The notes: generated by a model not told the origin, from the letters alone. 64,000 nucleotides of DNA from Polyangiales bacterium (GCA_038231275.1 JBBRLQ010000020.1:64001-128000); one strand, 5' to 3'; shown: positions 8,996 to 20,390, counted from the stretch's first letter. A program made the numbers and translations.

Positions 8996-10072
8996 ATGCC
9001 CACCTTTATCTCGAAATCATTCGTGTTGTTCGGGGCCGCGGCGCTGGCGTCCGTGGCGATCGCGGGCTGCGGGAAGGCGATTCCAGACGCGGCCGCAGAG
9101 CCCGCGCAGAAGGCGACGCGGATCGATGCGCGTCCGGTGCCGGTGTCGCTCGCCACCGTGCAGCGAGGGCCCATCGACCGGCCGCTCCACGCCGGCGGAA
9201 TTCTGAAGCAGAAGAGCGAGCTCGACCTCGCCTTCACCGTCGGCGGCGTCCTCTCGGGCCTCTTCGTCGACGAAGGTGCGCGTGTTCACCGCGGGCAGGT
9301 GCTCGCGCAGCTGGACGCGACCGAGGTCGGGGCGGCGACGGCGCAGGCGCGCGAGGCGGTGGCCAAGGCCGATCGCGATCTGTCGCGTGTGAGGAGCCTG
9401 CACGGGACAGGCGCGCTGCCGCTCGTCGATCTCCAGAACGCAGAGACCGGCGCCGCCGTCGCGCGCGCGCAGCTCGCCGCGGCCGACTTCGCGCAACGCC
9501 ACGCCGTCATCGTCGCGCCAGACGACGGGCTGATCGATCAACGGATGGCCGAGAAGGGCGAGGTCCTCTCGCCCGGTCGCGCCGTCTTCCGGATGAGCGG
9601 CCGCTCGAAAGGCGCGGTGGTCCGTGTGGCGCTCACCGACAGAGACGCGCTCGGTCTCGTCGTCGGACAGCCCGCGGAGGTCCAGCTCGACGCGGCGCCC
9701 GACGCGCTCCTGGCGGCAAAGATCTCGACGCTCGCGACCGTCGCGTCGCCGGCGACCGGAACGTTCGACGTCGAAGTGAAGCTCGACACGGCGCCGGAGC
9801 GTCTTCTGTCCGGGATGACTGCGAAGGTCACGATCCCGAGAACGCAGACCCCACACGCCACGGTGCCGCTCGCGAGCCTCGTTCGCGCGGACGGCAAGTC
9901 CGCGTTCGTATACGTCGTCGACTCGGGTCATGCGAGGCGCGCTCCCGTCGAGCTCGCGTTCATGATCGGAGATCGCGCGGCCCTGTCGGCGGGCCTCGAC
10001 GGGGTCGATCACGTCGTGGGCGCGGGAGCCGCGCTCCTCGAAGACGGCTCCTCGGTCGAGGTTCGACCCTGA
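8996..10072 (+). CDS. RND efflux periplasmic adaptor (MFP)
   Basis: IAGC lipobox; lipoyl half-motifs VDEGARVHRGQVLAQLD and IVAPDDG. Confidence 0.95.
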   Translation: MPTFISKSFVLFGAAALASVAIAGCGKAIPDAAAEPAQKATRIDARPVPVSLATVQRGPIDRPLHAGGILKQKSELDLAFTVGGVLSGLFVDEGARVHRGQVLAQLDATEVGAATAQAREAVAKADRDLSRVRSLHGTGALPLVDLQNAETGAAVARAQLAAADFAQRHAVIVAPDDGLIDQRMAEKGEVLSPGRAVFRMSGRSKGAVVRVALTDRDALGLVVGQPAEVQLDAAPDALLAAKISTLATVASPATGTFDVEVKLDTAPERLLSGMTAKVTIPRTQTPHATVPLASLVRADGKSAFVYVVDSGHARRAPVELAFMIGDRAALSAGLDGVDHVVGAGAALLEDGSSVEVRP

Positions 10073-10114
10073 GCATTCCCCGGTAAAACGGCTCGAAACG
10101 CAAACGGAGAAGGC

Positions 10115-13100
10115 ATGTCGATATCGGAGTTCGCCGTCCGCCGGTGGCAGTTCACGCTCGTCGTCTTCGTGGCGCTCATCGCGCTCGGGGTGCAGGCGCT
10201 CGTCACCATTCCGAAGGCCGAAGATCCCACCTTCCCCTTCGCGAACTTCGTCGTCGTCGCGGTCCTCCCCGGCGCGACGCCCGAGGACCTCGAGCGCCTC
10301 GTCGTCGATCCGATCGAGACGAAGCTAAAGGCGCTCGACGACGTGAAGAAGCTGACCAGCGAGATGCAAGACGGCCTCGCGGTCCTCCAGCTCGAGTTTC
10401 GCGCGGGGGTCGATCCGGATCGCAAGCGCGACGAGGTCCTTCGCGAGACGACGGCGCTGCGGCCCACGCTCCCGGCGGAGCTCGTGCGCCTCGACGTGAA
10501 GCAGTTCAATGCGGCCAAGGTGAACATCCGGGAGGTCGCGCTGGTCGCGAAGGACGTGCCGTTCGAAACGCTCGAGCGGCTCTCGCGCGCGTTGAAGCGC
10601 CGCCTCGAGGGAGTGCCGGGGGCCGGCGACGTCGAGGTCGCGGGGCTTCCTCACCAAGAGGTGCAGGTCGCGCTCGATCTCGAACGCATGCGCGCGCTCG
10701 GCGTTTCGCCCAACGAGGTACTCAACGCGATCGGGGCCGATGGCGCCAACGTGCCCGCGGGCAACGTCGAGGCCGGCGCGCGGCGCTTCAGCGTGAAGAC
10801 CGGGGGCGATTACCGTTCGGTGGCCGAGGTCCGCGCCACGCTCCTCCGCGCGCCCGGGAATTCGCAGCTCATGGTGGCCGACGTCGCGACCGTGGAGCTC
10901 CGCGACGCCGAGGCGGTGCAGCTCGCGCGCTTCGACGGGCAGCGCGCGGTGCTCCTCGCCGTCGCGCAGCGCGACAACCAAAACGTGTTCGACGTCATGC
11001 GCCTCATCGAGGCCGAGCTCGACGCCTTCGAGAAGACCTTGCCGCCCAACGTGCACCTCGCGCGCGGCTTCGACCAATCGAAGAACGTCGGGCATCGCCT
11101 CGGCGGATTCTCGCGCGACATGCTCCTCGCGATCGGGCTGGTCCTGATCACGCTCCTCCCCCTGGGCGGGCGCGCGGCGGCGGTGGTGATGGTATCGATC
11201 CCGCTGTCGCTCTCGCTGGGTCTCTTCCTCTTGAAGGCGACCGGGTTCTCGATCAACCAGCTGTCGATCGTCGGCTTCGTCATCGCGCTGGGGCTCCTCG
11301 TCGACGACTCGGTGGTCGTCGTCGAGAACGTGACGCGGCACCTGCGCGAGGGTCTGTCTCCGACCGACGCGTCGATCAAGGCGACCAAGCAAATCATGGT
11401 GTCGGTCCTCGGGTGCACCGCGACGCTCATCTTCGCGTTCTTGCCGCTCCTCGCCCTCCCCGGCACCGCAGGCCTCTTCATCCGCAGCATGCCGGTCGCG
11501 GTCGTCTTCACGATCGGCGCGTCGCTCCTCGTGTCGCTGACGATCGTGCCGTTCCTCTCGAGCCTGCTCCTCAAGAGCGGCGGCGAGCACGGCAACGTCT
11601 TTTACCGCGGGATGATGTGGGTCGTGGAAGGCTCGTACCGCCGCGTCCTCGAGCGCGCGATCGTGCGGCCCAAGACCACCGTGCTCTTCGCCGCGCTCCT
11701 CTTCGCGGGCGCGCTCGCGCTGGTCCCGAAGATCGGCTTCAGCCTGTTTCCCAAGGCGGGCACTCCCCAGTTCCTCGTGACCGTCGAGGCGCCCGAGGGC
11801 GCGAGCCTCCTCGAGGCCGACCGCGGGGCGCGCTTCGTCGAGGAGGTGCTGCGCAAGCACGCGGCGGTGAAGAACGTCGCCGTCAGCGTCGGCAAGGGGC
11901 ACCCACAGATTTATTACAACGTGGTCCCCGCCAACGAGAAGGCAAACATCGCCGACGTCTTCGCGGAGACGACGCTGCCCACGCAGGTCGAGCGTGAGCA
12001 GCTCTTCGAGGGATCCGTGCGGAGCTCGCCGGGTATGCGGGCGCGCGGCTCGAGCTGAAAGAGTTCGAGAATGGTCCGCCGCTCGAGGCACCGATCGCGA
12101 TCCGCCTCCTCGGCGACGACGAGTCCGCGCTCGAGGCGGCGGCGTTGCGCGTCGAGGCGATCGTGAAGGACGTGCCGGGGACGCGCGACGTGCGAAACCC
12201 AAGCCGCGATCGGAGGAGCGATCTGCGAGTGAAGGTGGATCGCGAGCGCGCGGCGGTCCTGGGCGTCGCCGATCCCGACATCGATCGCGCAGTGCGAATG
12301 GCGGTCGGCGGCGTGGTCGCAGCCAAGTACCGGCGCGCCGAGGCCGACGAGGCCGACGACGTGCGCGTGACGTTGCCGCGCGCCCTCGCCGGCGGCCCCG
12401 AGGGCGGCGCGCGCCCCGGTCTCGAAGTGCTCGAAGGCCTGATCGTCCCCACCGCCAAGGGCGCGCCCGTCCTGCTCGCGCAGATCGCCGAGCTCACGTT
12501 CGAGCCGTCGCCGACGCGCCTCCGTCACTACGGAAAGGAGCGCAGCGTCACCGTGACGTCGCAGGTCGCGCCGGGATTCAACACCGACAAGCTCACGCAG
12601 GCCGTCGTCGCGAAGGTCGCGCTCGAGAAGCTACCCGCGGGCGTGCGTTTCACGCCGGGCGGCGAGCTCGAGAATCGGCAGGAGAGCTTCGGCGGCCTCG
12701 GCACCGCGATCATGGTCGCGATCTTCGGCGTCATCGCGATCCTCGTCCTCGAGTTTCGTACGTTCAAGGGAACGCTGATCGTCGCGTCGGTCATCCCCCT
12801 CGGCGTCATCGGCGGCCTCGGCGCGCTCTTCTTGAGCGGCAACACGCTGTCGTTCACCGCGACGGTCGGCTTCGTCGCGCTCATGGGCATCGAGGTGAAA
12901 AATTCGATCCTGCTCGTCGACTTCACGAACCACCTGCGCGAAGAGGGCGTCCCGCTCGACGAGGCGATCCGGCGCGCGGGCGAGACGCGCTTCGTGCCCA
13001 TCCTCCTCACGACGCTCACCGCCATCGGCGGCCTCCTTCCGCTGGTCCTCGAGCACTCGCCCCTCTATTCGCCGCTGGCGCTCGTGATTCTCGGCGGCCT

Positions 13101-13257
13101 CGTGAGTTCCACCCTCCTCGCGCGCATCGTCACGCCGGTGCTCTACAAGCTGCTCCCGCCGGGGATCGAAACGAAAGCTTCGAAGGACGCGCGCGGAAAG
13201 GTATGGTCCCGGCATCCAAGGGCTGGGGGAATTCGGAGACGATTGGAAAATGCGTAA
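10115..13257 (+). pseudogene. RND efflux permease (AcrB family), frameshifted near 12010
   Basis: GLLVDDSVVVVEN in the first ORF; KNSILLVD and RFVPILLTT in the second; one extra G at 12010-12012 joins the two frames. Confidence 0.9.
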
Positions 13258-14833
13258 AATCTCGCTCGCTTCGGTCATCAGTGCGGTCAGTGCGGTCGTC
13301 CTCCTCGCCCCCGGGATCGCCGGAGCCCAGCCCGGCCCGGCCCCCGCGCAGCCTGCGCGACCGGGTCAGCTCACGCCGCCGTCCGCCGCGGCCGCGGCAC
13401 CCCCGACCGCCGGGGTAACCGGCGCGACCACGGCGCCCGAAGCTACGCCGGTCGATCTGATGCACATCGAAGCCTCGGGGCTCACCGCCGATCAGGTCGG
13501 CGCGCGCGCCGCCGTGACGAGCTTCCAGGCGAAGGCACAAGAGGCGACGCTGAAAGGTGCCGCCGAGCGCATCGACCAGGCGTGGGCGAGCTTCTTGCCG
13601 CGGCTGGCGGTGCTCGGGCGTTACACGCGCCTCAGCGACTTCACGCCGCCCCCGTTCTTCACGAGCTCGCCCCTTGCGTCCGTCTCCACCACGGCTCCGG
13701 GATCGCCGACCGGGACGCCGATCCAACCGGGCTCCACCCTTCTCGCCGTGACGGCGCCGACCCTGTCGATCCCGCTCGTTCTGAACCAGTGGCTCCTCCA
13801 GGGCACAATCACGGTTCCCATCACCGACTATTTCCTGCGCATCAACCAAAACTTCACCGCGACGACCCATCAGCGCGACGCCATTCGCCTCGACGCGATC
13901 GCCGCGCGGACCAGATCTGCGGCCGACGGAAAAGTTGCATTCTACACGTGGCTGCGCGCGCGCGGCGCGGCGGTCGTGGCGGCGCAGGCGCTGAACGACC
14001 AGAAAACGCACCTCACCGACGCGAAGAACCAGTTCGCGGTGGGCAACGCGTCGCGCGCGGACGTGCTGCGCGCGGAGACGGCGGTCGCGGCCGCGGAGCT
14101 CCAGGTCGAGCGTTCGAACAACCTCTCCGATCTCTCGGAGAAGCAGGTGCGGCAGGCGATGCATTTGCCGGAGGCGCAGACGATCGCTCCGGGGGAGAGC
14201 CTCGACAACGCACCGCCGCCCGTCATCCAGGGCAACCTCGTCGCGCTCACGCAGGAGGCCCTGGCCTCGCGCGTCGAGGTGAAGAGCATCGACTTCAACG
14301 CCGCCGCCGCGCGCGAGCAGGCCAAGGTCGCCAACGCGGGCAAATATCCTACCGTCAGCGCCTTCGGCGACGCGATCCTCGCGAACCCCAACCCGCGCCG
14401 CTTCCCCGCGACGAACGAGTGGTTCCCGACCTGGGACGTCGGCGTTCAGGCCACCTGGTCGCCGAACGACTTCATCGTCGCCGGGTCCGCGGTCACCGAC
14501 GCCGAGTCGCGCGCGTCCGCCGCAGAGGCCAACAAGCAGATCATCCGCGACGGGATCGAGATCGAGGTGATGCAGTCGTGGCAGGCGATCCGCGAGCAAG
14601 AGGTCGCGCTCGAGTCGACGAAGCGTCAGCTCGCGAGCGCCACCGAGGCGTACCGCGTCGCGCGTGAGCTGTTCAACAACGGCCGCGCCACCAGCACCAC
14701 GCTCACCGACGCCGAGACCGAGCTCACGCGCGCGCGCCTCGACGCGCTCAACGCCACGGTCGACGCACGCATCGCCCGCGTCCGCCTCGAGCACGCGCTC
14801 GGTCGCGACCAGAAGCTCGCCGCGCAGCCGTAG
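13250..14833 (+). CDS. TolC family outer-membrane efflux protein
   Basis: signal peptide; two OEP repeats (FAVGNASRADVL, FNNGRATSTTL); follows RND genes. Confidence 0.93.
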   Translation: MRKISLASVISAVSAVVLLAPGIAGAQPGPAPAQPARPGQLTPPSAAAAAPPTAGVTGATTAPEATPVDLMHIEASGLTADQVGARAAVTSFQAKAQEATLKGAAERIDQAWASFLPRLAVLGRYTRLSDFTPPPFFTSSPLASVSTTAPGSPTGTPIQPGSTLLAVTAPTLSIPLVLNQWLLQGTITVPITDYFLRINQNFTATTHQRDAIRLDAIAARTRSAADGKVAFYTWLRARGAAVVAAQALNDQKTHLTDAKNQFAVGNASRADVLRAETAVAAAELQVERSNNLSDLSEKQVRQAMHLPEAQTIAPGESLDNAPPPVIQGNLVALTQEALASRVEVKSIDFNAAAAREQAKVANAGKYPTVSAFGDAILANPNPRRFPATNEWFPTWDVGVQATWSPNDFIVAGSAVTDAESRASAAEANKQIIRDGIEIEVMQSWQAIREQEVALESTKRQLASATEAYRVARELFNNGRATSTTLTDAETELTRARLDALNATVDARIARVRLEHALGRDQKLAAQP

Positions 14834-14839
14834 AGGCCT

Positions 14840-15961
14840 TCACTTCATCGTCGGACACGTCGCGTCACGACGGAACTCGTGCCCGATGTGCGCGAGCGCG
14901 GCCGTGTGCAGGATATGGACGGAGTGCTGGAGAAAATCCAGGTTGGTGCGCGGCGACGTCCCCCACCCGGGCGGGAAGTTGCGCGTGAGCGGATCGTATT
15001 TGCCGGTCGCCGGATCCTGCTTGCCGGCAAAGAGCATCGTGATGTCGTCCACGGCCAGAGCGGGCTCGCCGTCATCCATGATCACCGTATTGGGGCTCGG
15101 CGCGAGGAACATCGTGAGGAGACCAAACTCGCCGACGCTGCCGACGAGGTTGTTCTGCGTCGCGATGTGGACGAGGTCCTGGAGGAGCTGCGTGATCTGG
15201 CTCGAGCTGGAGCTGCCGCCTTCGAGCACGTCCTTCGTGGCGGAGAAGCCGTGGTCGGTGAAGTCGACGAGATCTCTGCCGAGGAGGCTCACGAGCGTCC
15301 AACCGTCGACGACGGCGTTGGGATCGCACGCGACGTTCTGCGCGACGAATTTTCCGAGCTCCGAGCGACGCACGACGAGCGCGCCGTTGGCGGCGACCTC
15401 CGCGTGACCGCCGGAGCCCTTCTCGAGGATGAGGCGATCGAGGTTCGACGCGTCGAGGCGGCCGGAATTTTTGGCGTGCGGGTTGCCCATCAAGATGAAG
15501 CTGTGCGCCGCGTGCGCGCCTTGCGTGGTCGGAAAGTCGAGGCTGAACATCCCGTCGGGCGCCTCCGTTCCGTCCGGCGCCTTGTGGTGGTTGCCGCGCG
15601 CGACGACGCGAAAGCCGAGGCTCAGATCTCCGCCGCCGGTGTCGCCGACGGCGCCGATGCTGCCGTCCCCGACGATGCGCGCGAACGGCGACTGCTTCGT
15701 CCCGAACGTGAGGAGCTTCTTCAGCGCGAGCGCCGTCCCCACGAAAGGACACGTCGTCTTCTTCGAGACCATCTCCCTCCGCTCGTCGTCGTTCAACGTG
15801 AGCGGCGTCCGCGCGGCGGCGTTCGAGATCGCCTCGGTCCCCTGCTCCGCGCTCCCGTCGGCGGCGGAGCAACCGACCATCGCGGCTGCGCCCATGGAAG
15901 AGGAAAGAGCGAGGAGCGCAGGGAGGAGCACACGGAAGCATTTCTTGGTGGAGGGGATCAT
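14840..15961 (-). CDS. lipoprotein, candidate heme-thiolate peroxygenase/caleosin-like fold
   Basis: MVGC lipobox; TCPF, H..S...GR, GEFGLL and FPPGW motifs (see findings); function call tentative. Confidence 0.55.
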   Translation of the reverse strand: MIPSTKKCFRVLLPALLALSSSMGAAAMVGCSAADGSAEQGTEAISNAAARTPLTLNDDERREMVSKKTTCPFVGTALALKKLLTFGTKQSPFARIVGDGSIGAVGDTGGGDLSLGFRVVARGNHHKAPDGTEAPDGMFSLDFPTTQGAHAAHSFILMGNPHAKNSGRLDASNLDRLILEKGSGGHAEVAANGALVVRRSELGKFVAQNVACDPNAVVDGWTLVSLLGRDLVDFTDHGFSATKDVLEGGSSSSSQITQLLQDLVHIATQNNLVGSVGEFGLLTMFLAPSPNTVIMDDGEPALAVDDITMLFAGKQDPATGKYDPLTRNFPPGWGTSPRTNLDFLQHSVHILHTAALAHIGHEFRRDATCPTMK

Positions 15962-16217
15962 GACGACCTCGGCTCGATTTCGTGGAAGGACGGGCCGCCC
16001 GACGTGGCCCGGCTCCCATGTTTGCAAGTGAGATACCGTTTCGTATGTAGAGCGTGTGCGCGATTCTATATGATTGTTATTACTTTATATTTAACAACCC
16101 TAGCGTAACCGCCTGCCGCTCCCAACACCCCCCGATTGGGGAAACAAGATCCACCTACATGGTCCTACGCCGCCTCACCTTTCGGTGCGGGACTGCGTTG
16201 GTATGCTCGCGGTCGAG

Positions 16218-18140
16218 ATGACGGACCCGAAGCGCGATGACGGGGGGCAGGACCGCGCGCTCGCCGAGCACTGGCCTGCGATCCTCGAAGCGCTCCATCT
16301 CGCGAAGATCGGCGTGTGCGTCACGACCATCGAAGCCGGCGTTTCGCGCAACGTGGTGGTGAGCGACGTCGCGGTCGAAATCCTGGGCCACCCGCGAGAG
16401 GCGCTCCTCTCGGGATCGGCGTTCGATTTCATCGTGCCGTCCGAACGGGAGCGGCTGCGCGAGCGACGCGACCGACGCCTGAGCGGCGAGGCGCTCGATC
16501 CCGTGATCGACACGGTCATCGTGGGCGCCGACGGCACCGAGCGGCCCATCACATTCGTCTTGACCGACGTGTCGATCGACGGTGCCCCGGCGCGCGTCTC
16601 GCTGTTCTGGGACATCTCGGCGCGGCGGGATGCGGAGATCGCGCTGCGCTCCAAAGAGGCGCGGCTGCGGCGGCTCTTCGAGTCCGCGCCCGACGGCATC
16701 GTGGTCTCGCGAGAGGGCGTCGTCCTCGAGGCGAACCCCGCGGCGGCGAACATGCTCGGCTTCGCCGCCGCCGAGGAGATGATTGGGACCTCCCTACGCG
16801 CCGTGCTGTCGCCGGTGGACCGCACGGTGATGGCCCAGCGCGTCGCGGCCGCACGCGAGGGGCAGCGATTGGCGCCACACGTGTACGAGGCGCGTCGGCG
16901 CGACGGCGCGCGAATCACTGCCGAGATTACGTCGGTGCCCTACGAGCACGACGGAAAGCCCGCGGTCATGGGCTTCGCGCGCGACGTGACCGAGCGCCTG
17001 CGCCTCCAGGAGCAGCTCATGCAGAGCGAGCGCCTCGCCGCGCTGGGGACACTCGCGGCCGGCGTCGCCCACGAGATCAACAATCCGCTGACCGTGATGG
17101 TGCTGGGCATCCAGGCGCTCGACGCGCGCCTCAAGCGAGCGCTCGCGCGAACGCAGCCAGAGGAGCAGCGCGACCTCTCCGAGCTCATCTCCGAGCTTCG
17201 CGACAGCGTGGATCGCGTGGCCGGCATCGTCGGCGAGCTGCGTACCTTTGGCCGATCCGACGAGCACCCGCCTCGCCCCACCGACATCGCCGCGGTGCTG
17301 GCCTCCGCGGAGCGACTCGCCGCGCACCGCATCCGTCCGGGCGCCGAGGTGTGGCCGCGCTACGACCGCATCCCACTCGTGATGGGGCACGCGCGGCGCC
17401 TCGAGCAGGTGTTCGTCAACCTCCTCTTCAACGCCGCGCAGGCGATGCCCGAGGGACGGCCCGGCAATCGCATCGATCTCCGTGCGAGTGTCGCGGAGGA
17501 CGGGCGCGTGGTGATCGAGGTCACCGACAACGGCACCGGCATGCCCTCCGAGGTGCGGAGCCGCGCGTTCGATCCTTTCTTCACGACCAAGGTCGTGGGC
17601 GAAGGGACCGGGCTCGGTCTATCGATCAGCCACGGCATCGTGACCCGGCTCGGCGGAGAGATCACCATCGAGAGTGAGGTGGGAAAGGGCACCACGGTGC
17701 GCGTGCACCTCCTGGCGGCGACCGCCGGAGAGACAGCGCTCGCGCCGGAGACTTCGCGTCGACGGCCTCTCCCGCGCCTGCGCATGCTCGTCATCGACGA
17801 CGAGCCCGCCCTCGTGTCGTCGCTGCGCGCGCTGCTGACCGACGAGCACGAGATCGTGACGGCGGTGACGGGGAGCGACGCGTGCGTGCTGCTCGACCAG
17901 GGCCCCGCCTTCGACGTCGTGCTCTGTGACCTCATGATGCCGGGAATGACGGGGATGGATGTCCATGCGCGCATGACGGACACGCGGCCCGAGGTGCTTC
18001 CGCGCTTCCTCTTCATGACCGGCGAAGCGTTCACGCCGCGCGCCACGCAGTTCGTCGCGTCGGTGCCGAACAAGGTCCTCCGCAAGCCGTTCTCGATCGA
18101 GGAGCTCATGACGGCCCTCGGCGATCTCGTCGCTTCCTAG
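16218..18140 (+). CDS. PAS-PAS hybrid sensor histidine kinase with receiver
   Basis: two PAS domains; AGVAHEINNPL H-box; N, D/F and G boxes; VLCDLMMPGMTG receiver. Confidence 0.95.
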   Translation: MTDPKRDDGGQDRALAEHWPAILEALHLAKIGVCVTTIEAGVSRNVVVSDVAVEILGHPREALLSGSAFDFIVPSERERLRERRDRRLSGEALDPVIDTVIVGADGTERPITFVLTDVSIDGAPARVSLFWDISARRDAEIALRSKEARLRRLFESAPDGIVVSREGVVLEANPAAANMLGFAAAEEMIGTSLRAVLSPVDRTVMAQRVAAAREGQRLAPHVYEARRRDGARITAEITSVPYEHDGKPAVMGFARDVTERLRLQEQLMQSERLAALGTLAAGVAHEINNPLTVMVLGIQALDARLKRALARTQPEEQRDLSELISELRDSVDRVAGIVGELRTFGRSDEHPPRPTDIAAVLASAERLAAHRIRPGAEVWPRYDRIPLVMGHARRLEQVFVNLLFNAAQAMPEGRPGNRIDLRASVAEDGRVVIEVTDNGTGMPSEVRSRAFDPFFTTKVVGEGTGLGLSISHGIVTRLGGEITIESEVGKGTTVRVHLLAATAGETALAPETSRRRPLPRLRMLVIDDEPALVSSLRALLTDEHEIVTAVTGSDACVLLDQGPAFDVVLCDLMMPGMTGMDVHARMTDTRPEVLPRFLFMTGEAFTPRATQFVASVPNKVLRKPFSIEELMTALGDLVAS

Positions 18141-18174
18141 AGCAAGCGTCGTTACTACGTAACGCTTGCTCTAG
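18137..18174. terminator. perfect 13-bp inverted repeat at kinase stop codon
   Basis: CTAGAGCAAGCGT...ACGCTTGCTCTAG. Confidence 0.55.
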
Positions 18175-18296
18175 CCTTCAGGTGGATCGCTCCAGTCGTT
18201 TGCCCGCCACGGTCAAACGACTTCCGCTTTAGTCCTCGCGCGACGGACGCGGCACGTTTCGGCCATTGTTCTCCTCGACGGGGGGAGGAGGATGCC

Positions 18297-20390
18297 ATGG
18301 GACGCCGCGTGCGTTTCTGCGTGGGTGCGTCGGTCTGCGTTGCGGTCGCGATCCTGGGGGCGTGCGTCACGCGCCCGACGGTGTCGAGCAAGCCGAGCAC
18401 GAAGGACGTCGTTCAAATCCCGATCTTGTCGAAGAGGATCTCGAAGATCGATCTCCTCTTCGCGATCGACAACTCCGCATCGATGGGGGACAAGCAGACG
18501 CTCCTCCGAGATGCCGTTCCGGATCTGATCACGCGGCTCCTGGTGCCGCTGTGCGTCGACCCCGACGTGCCTACGACCGTCCTCGGCGCGTCGGTGAACG
18601 GCGCCTGCGACAAGGGGGAGATCGAGTTTCCGCCGCTCACCGATCTTCACGTCGGCGTGGTGAGCTCGTCGCTCGGCGGCCTCGGGTCGGGCGCGTGCGC
18701 TGCGGCGTTCCACGATCCGACGCTCCCGCAGGCCGAGTGGCACAACGACGATCAAGGGCACTTGATCGCGCGAAGCGGCGCGGGCGCGGCGGGCGCGAGG
18801 GCGCTCTTGGCATGGACGCCGGCGGCCGGTGAGCCGAGCACGTTCATCGCGGCGTTCCAGGACCGCGTCAGCGGCGTCGGCGAGTATGGCTGCGGCTTCG
18901 AAGCGCAAGAAGAGAGCTGGTACCGCTTCCTCGTCCAGCCTGATCCCTACGCGACCATCGACACGTCGTCGGGACGCGCCGTCTTCGCCGGCGTCGACGA
19001 GGAGCTGCTCAAGGAGCGGCGCGATTTCTTGCGACCGGACTCGCTCGTCGCGATCGTGCAAATCACCGACGAGAACGAATCGACCGTCGATCCGCGCTCG
19101 CTCGGGGGACGAGGGTTCCGGATGCTCGATCCGGACGGAGGCTCGGCCCCGCGCGCGACGGCGGCGTGCGCGAAAGATCCGAACCTCCCGGCGTGCAGCT
19201 CGTGCGGGTCCGACGAGAACGCCGGGCTACCCGAGTGCGCGACGCGGACCGCGGGCGACGACGTCCCGAACGTGCGCTTTTTCCACATGAAGCAGAGATT
19301 CGGAGTGGACCCGATGTACCCGGTGGCCCGGTACACGCGCGGCCTCGGCGTGGCGCCCGACGCGACGGGGGCGGCGCTCGACGTGCCCAATCGCGCCGGC
19401 ACGAGCTGCACCAATCCGCTCTTCGCGGCGACGCTTCCCAGTGGCGCGAAGGACGATCTCTGCGCGCTCGCGCGAGGCCCACGCGCTCCTGGTCTCGTCT
19501 TCTACGCGGCGATCACCGGCGTCCCGAGAGACCTCCTGCCCGCGACCGGCGTGCCGTCGGTGGACGACTGGACCAAAATGCTCGGCGCGGATCCGCTCCG
19601 GTACGACTTCACGGGCGCCGATCCGCGGATGCTCGAGTCGATCGCCGTGAGGCCGGGCGTGGCCGGCGATCGCGACACCGGTGGTCAAGACTTGCAGTAT
19701 GCATGCACCTTCCCCCTCGCCAAGGCACGCGCGTGCGATGCGAATGACATCGCGTGCGACTGCAAGAACGGCGGCCCCCTCTGCGACCCTGCGAACGGCG
19801 CCGTGCAGGTGCGCGCGAAGGCGTACCCCGGCGTGCGGCACCTCCTCCTCGCGCGCTCGCTCGGACAGAACGGCGTCGTGGCGTCGATCTGTCCGGACGA
19901 CACCACCGACGCGTCGGTGGAGAACGCCCGCTTCGGGTACCGGCCCGCGATGCGATCGATCGCCGAGCGACTCGGCGCAATCCTCGCGGCCCAGTGCCTC
20001 CCGAGGCCGCCGCGCGCCGACGCCTCCGGTCGGGTGCCGTGCTTGGTGCTCGAGGCGATGACCGGCGACGCGATCGGCGACGACGCGTGCGACAGGCCTG
20101 CGCAAGGGCTCACGCGCGCCGATCCCGCCGTGCTCGCCGCGTTTCGTCGCGAGCACGCCGCGGCGCACGAGGATCTCTCGACGGTCGCGCTCTGCGAGAA
20201 GACCCAGCTCGTGGAAGCGGGTGGGGCGCGATGCAGCGACGATCCTCGCGCAGGGTGGTGCTATGCACGCGGGCCTGAGGCCCTCCGCGCGACACGCCAG
20301 AAGTGCCCGGAGGCGATCGTGTTCTCGCGGACGGGACAGCCCGCGTCGGGCCACACGGTCTACCTCCAATGCATCGAGCAAGCGGACTGA
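18297..20390 (+). CDS. Cys-rich myxobacterial lipoprotein with vWA/MIDAS-like motif
   Basis: LGAC lipobox; IDLLFAIDNSASM (DxSxS); GCGFE; ITDEND-like. Confidence 0.8.
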   Translation: MGRRVRFCVGASVCVAVAILGACVTRPTVSSKPSTKDVVQIPILSKRISKIDLLFAIDNSASMGDKQTLLRDAVPDLITRLLVPLCVDPDVPTTVLGASVNGACDKGEIEFPPLTDLHVGVVSSSLGGLGSGACAAAFHDPTLPQAEWHNDDQGHLIARSGAGAAGARALLAWTPAAGEPSTFIAAFQDRVSGVGEYGCGFEAQEESWYRFLVQPDPYATIDTSSGRAVFAGVDEELLKERRDFLRPDSLVAIVQITDENESTVDPRSLGGRGFRMLDPDGGSAPRATAACAKDPNLPACSSCGSDENAGLPECATRTAGDDVPNVRFFHMKQRFGVDPMYPVARYTRGLGVAPDATGAALDVPNRAGTSCTNPLFAATLPSGAKDDLCALARGPRAPGLVFYAAITGVPRDLLPATGVPSVDDWTKMLGADPLRYDFTGADPRMLESIAVRPGVAGDRDTGGQDLQYACTFPLAKARACDANDIACDCKNGGPLCDPANGAVQVRAKAYPGVRHLLLARSLGQNGVVASICPDDTTDASVENARFGYRPAMRSIAERLGAILAAQCLPRPPRADASGRVPCLVLEAMTGDAIGDDACDRPAQGLTRADPAVLAAFRREHAAAHEDLSTVALCEKTQLVEAGGARCSDDPRAGWCYARGPEALRATRQKCPEAIVFSRTGQPASGHTVYLQCIEQAD

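Noticed and set aside
16040..16105. AT-rich island as possible foreign DNA
   Set aside because: Short divergent promoter region with no mobility signatures
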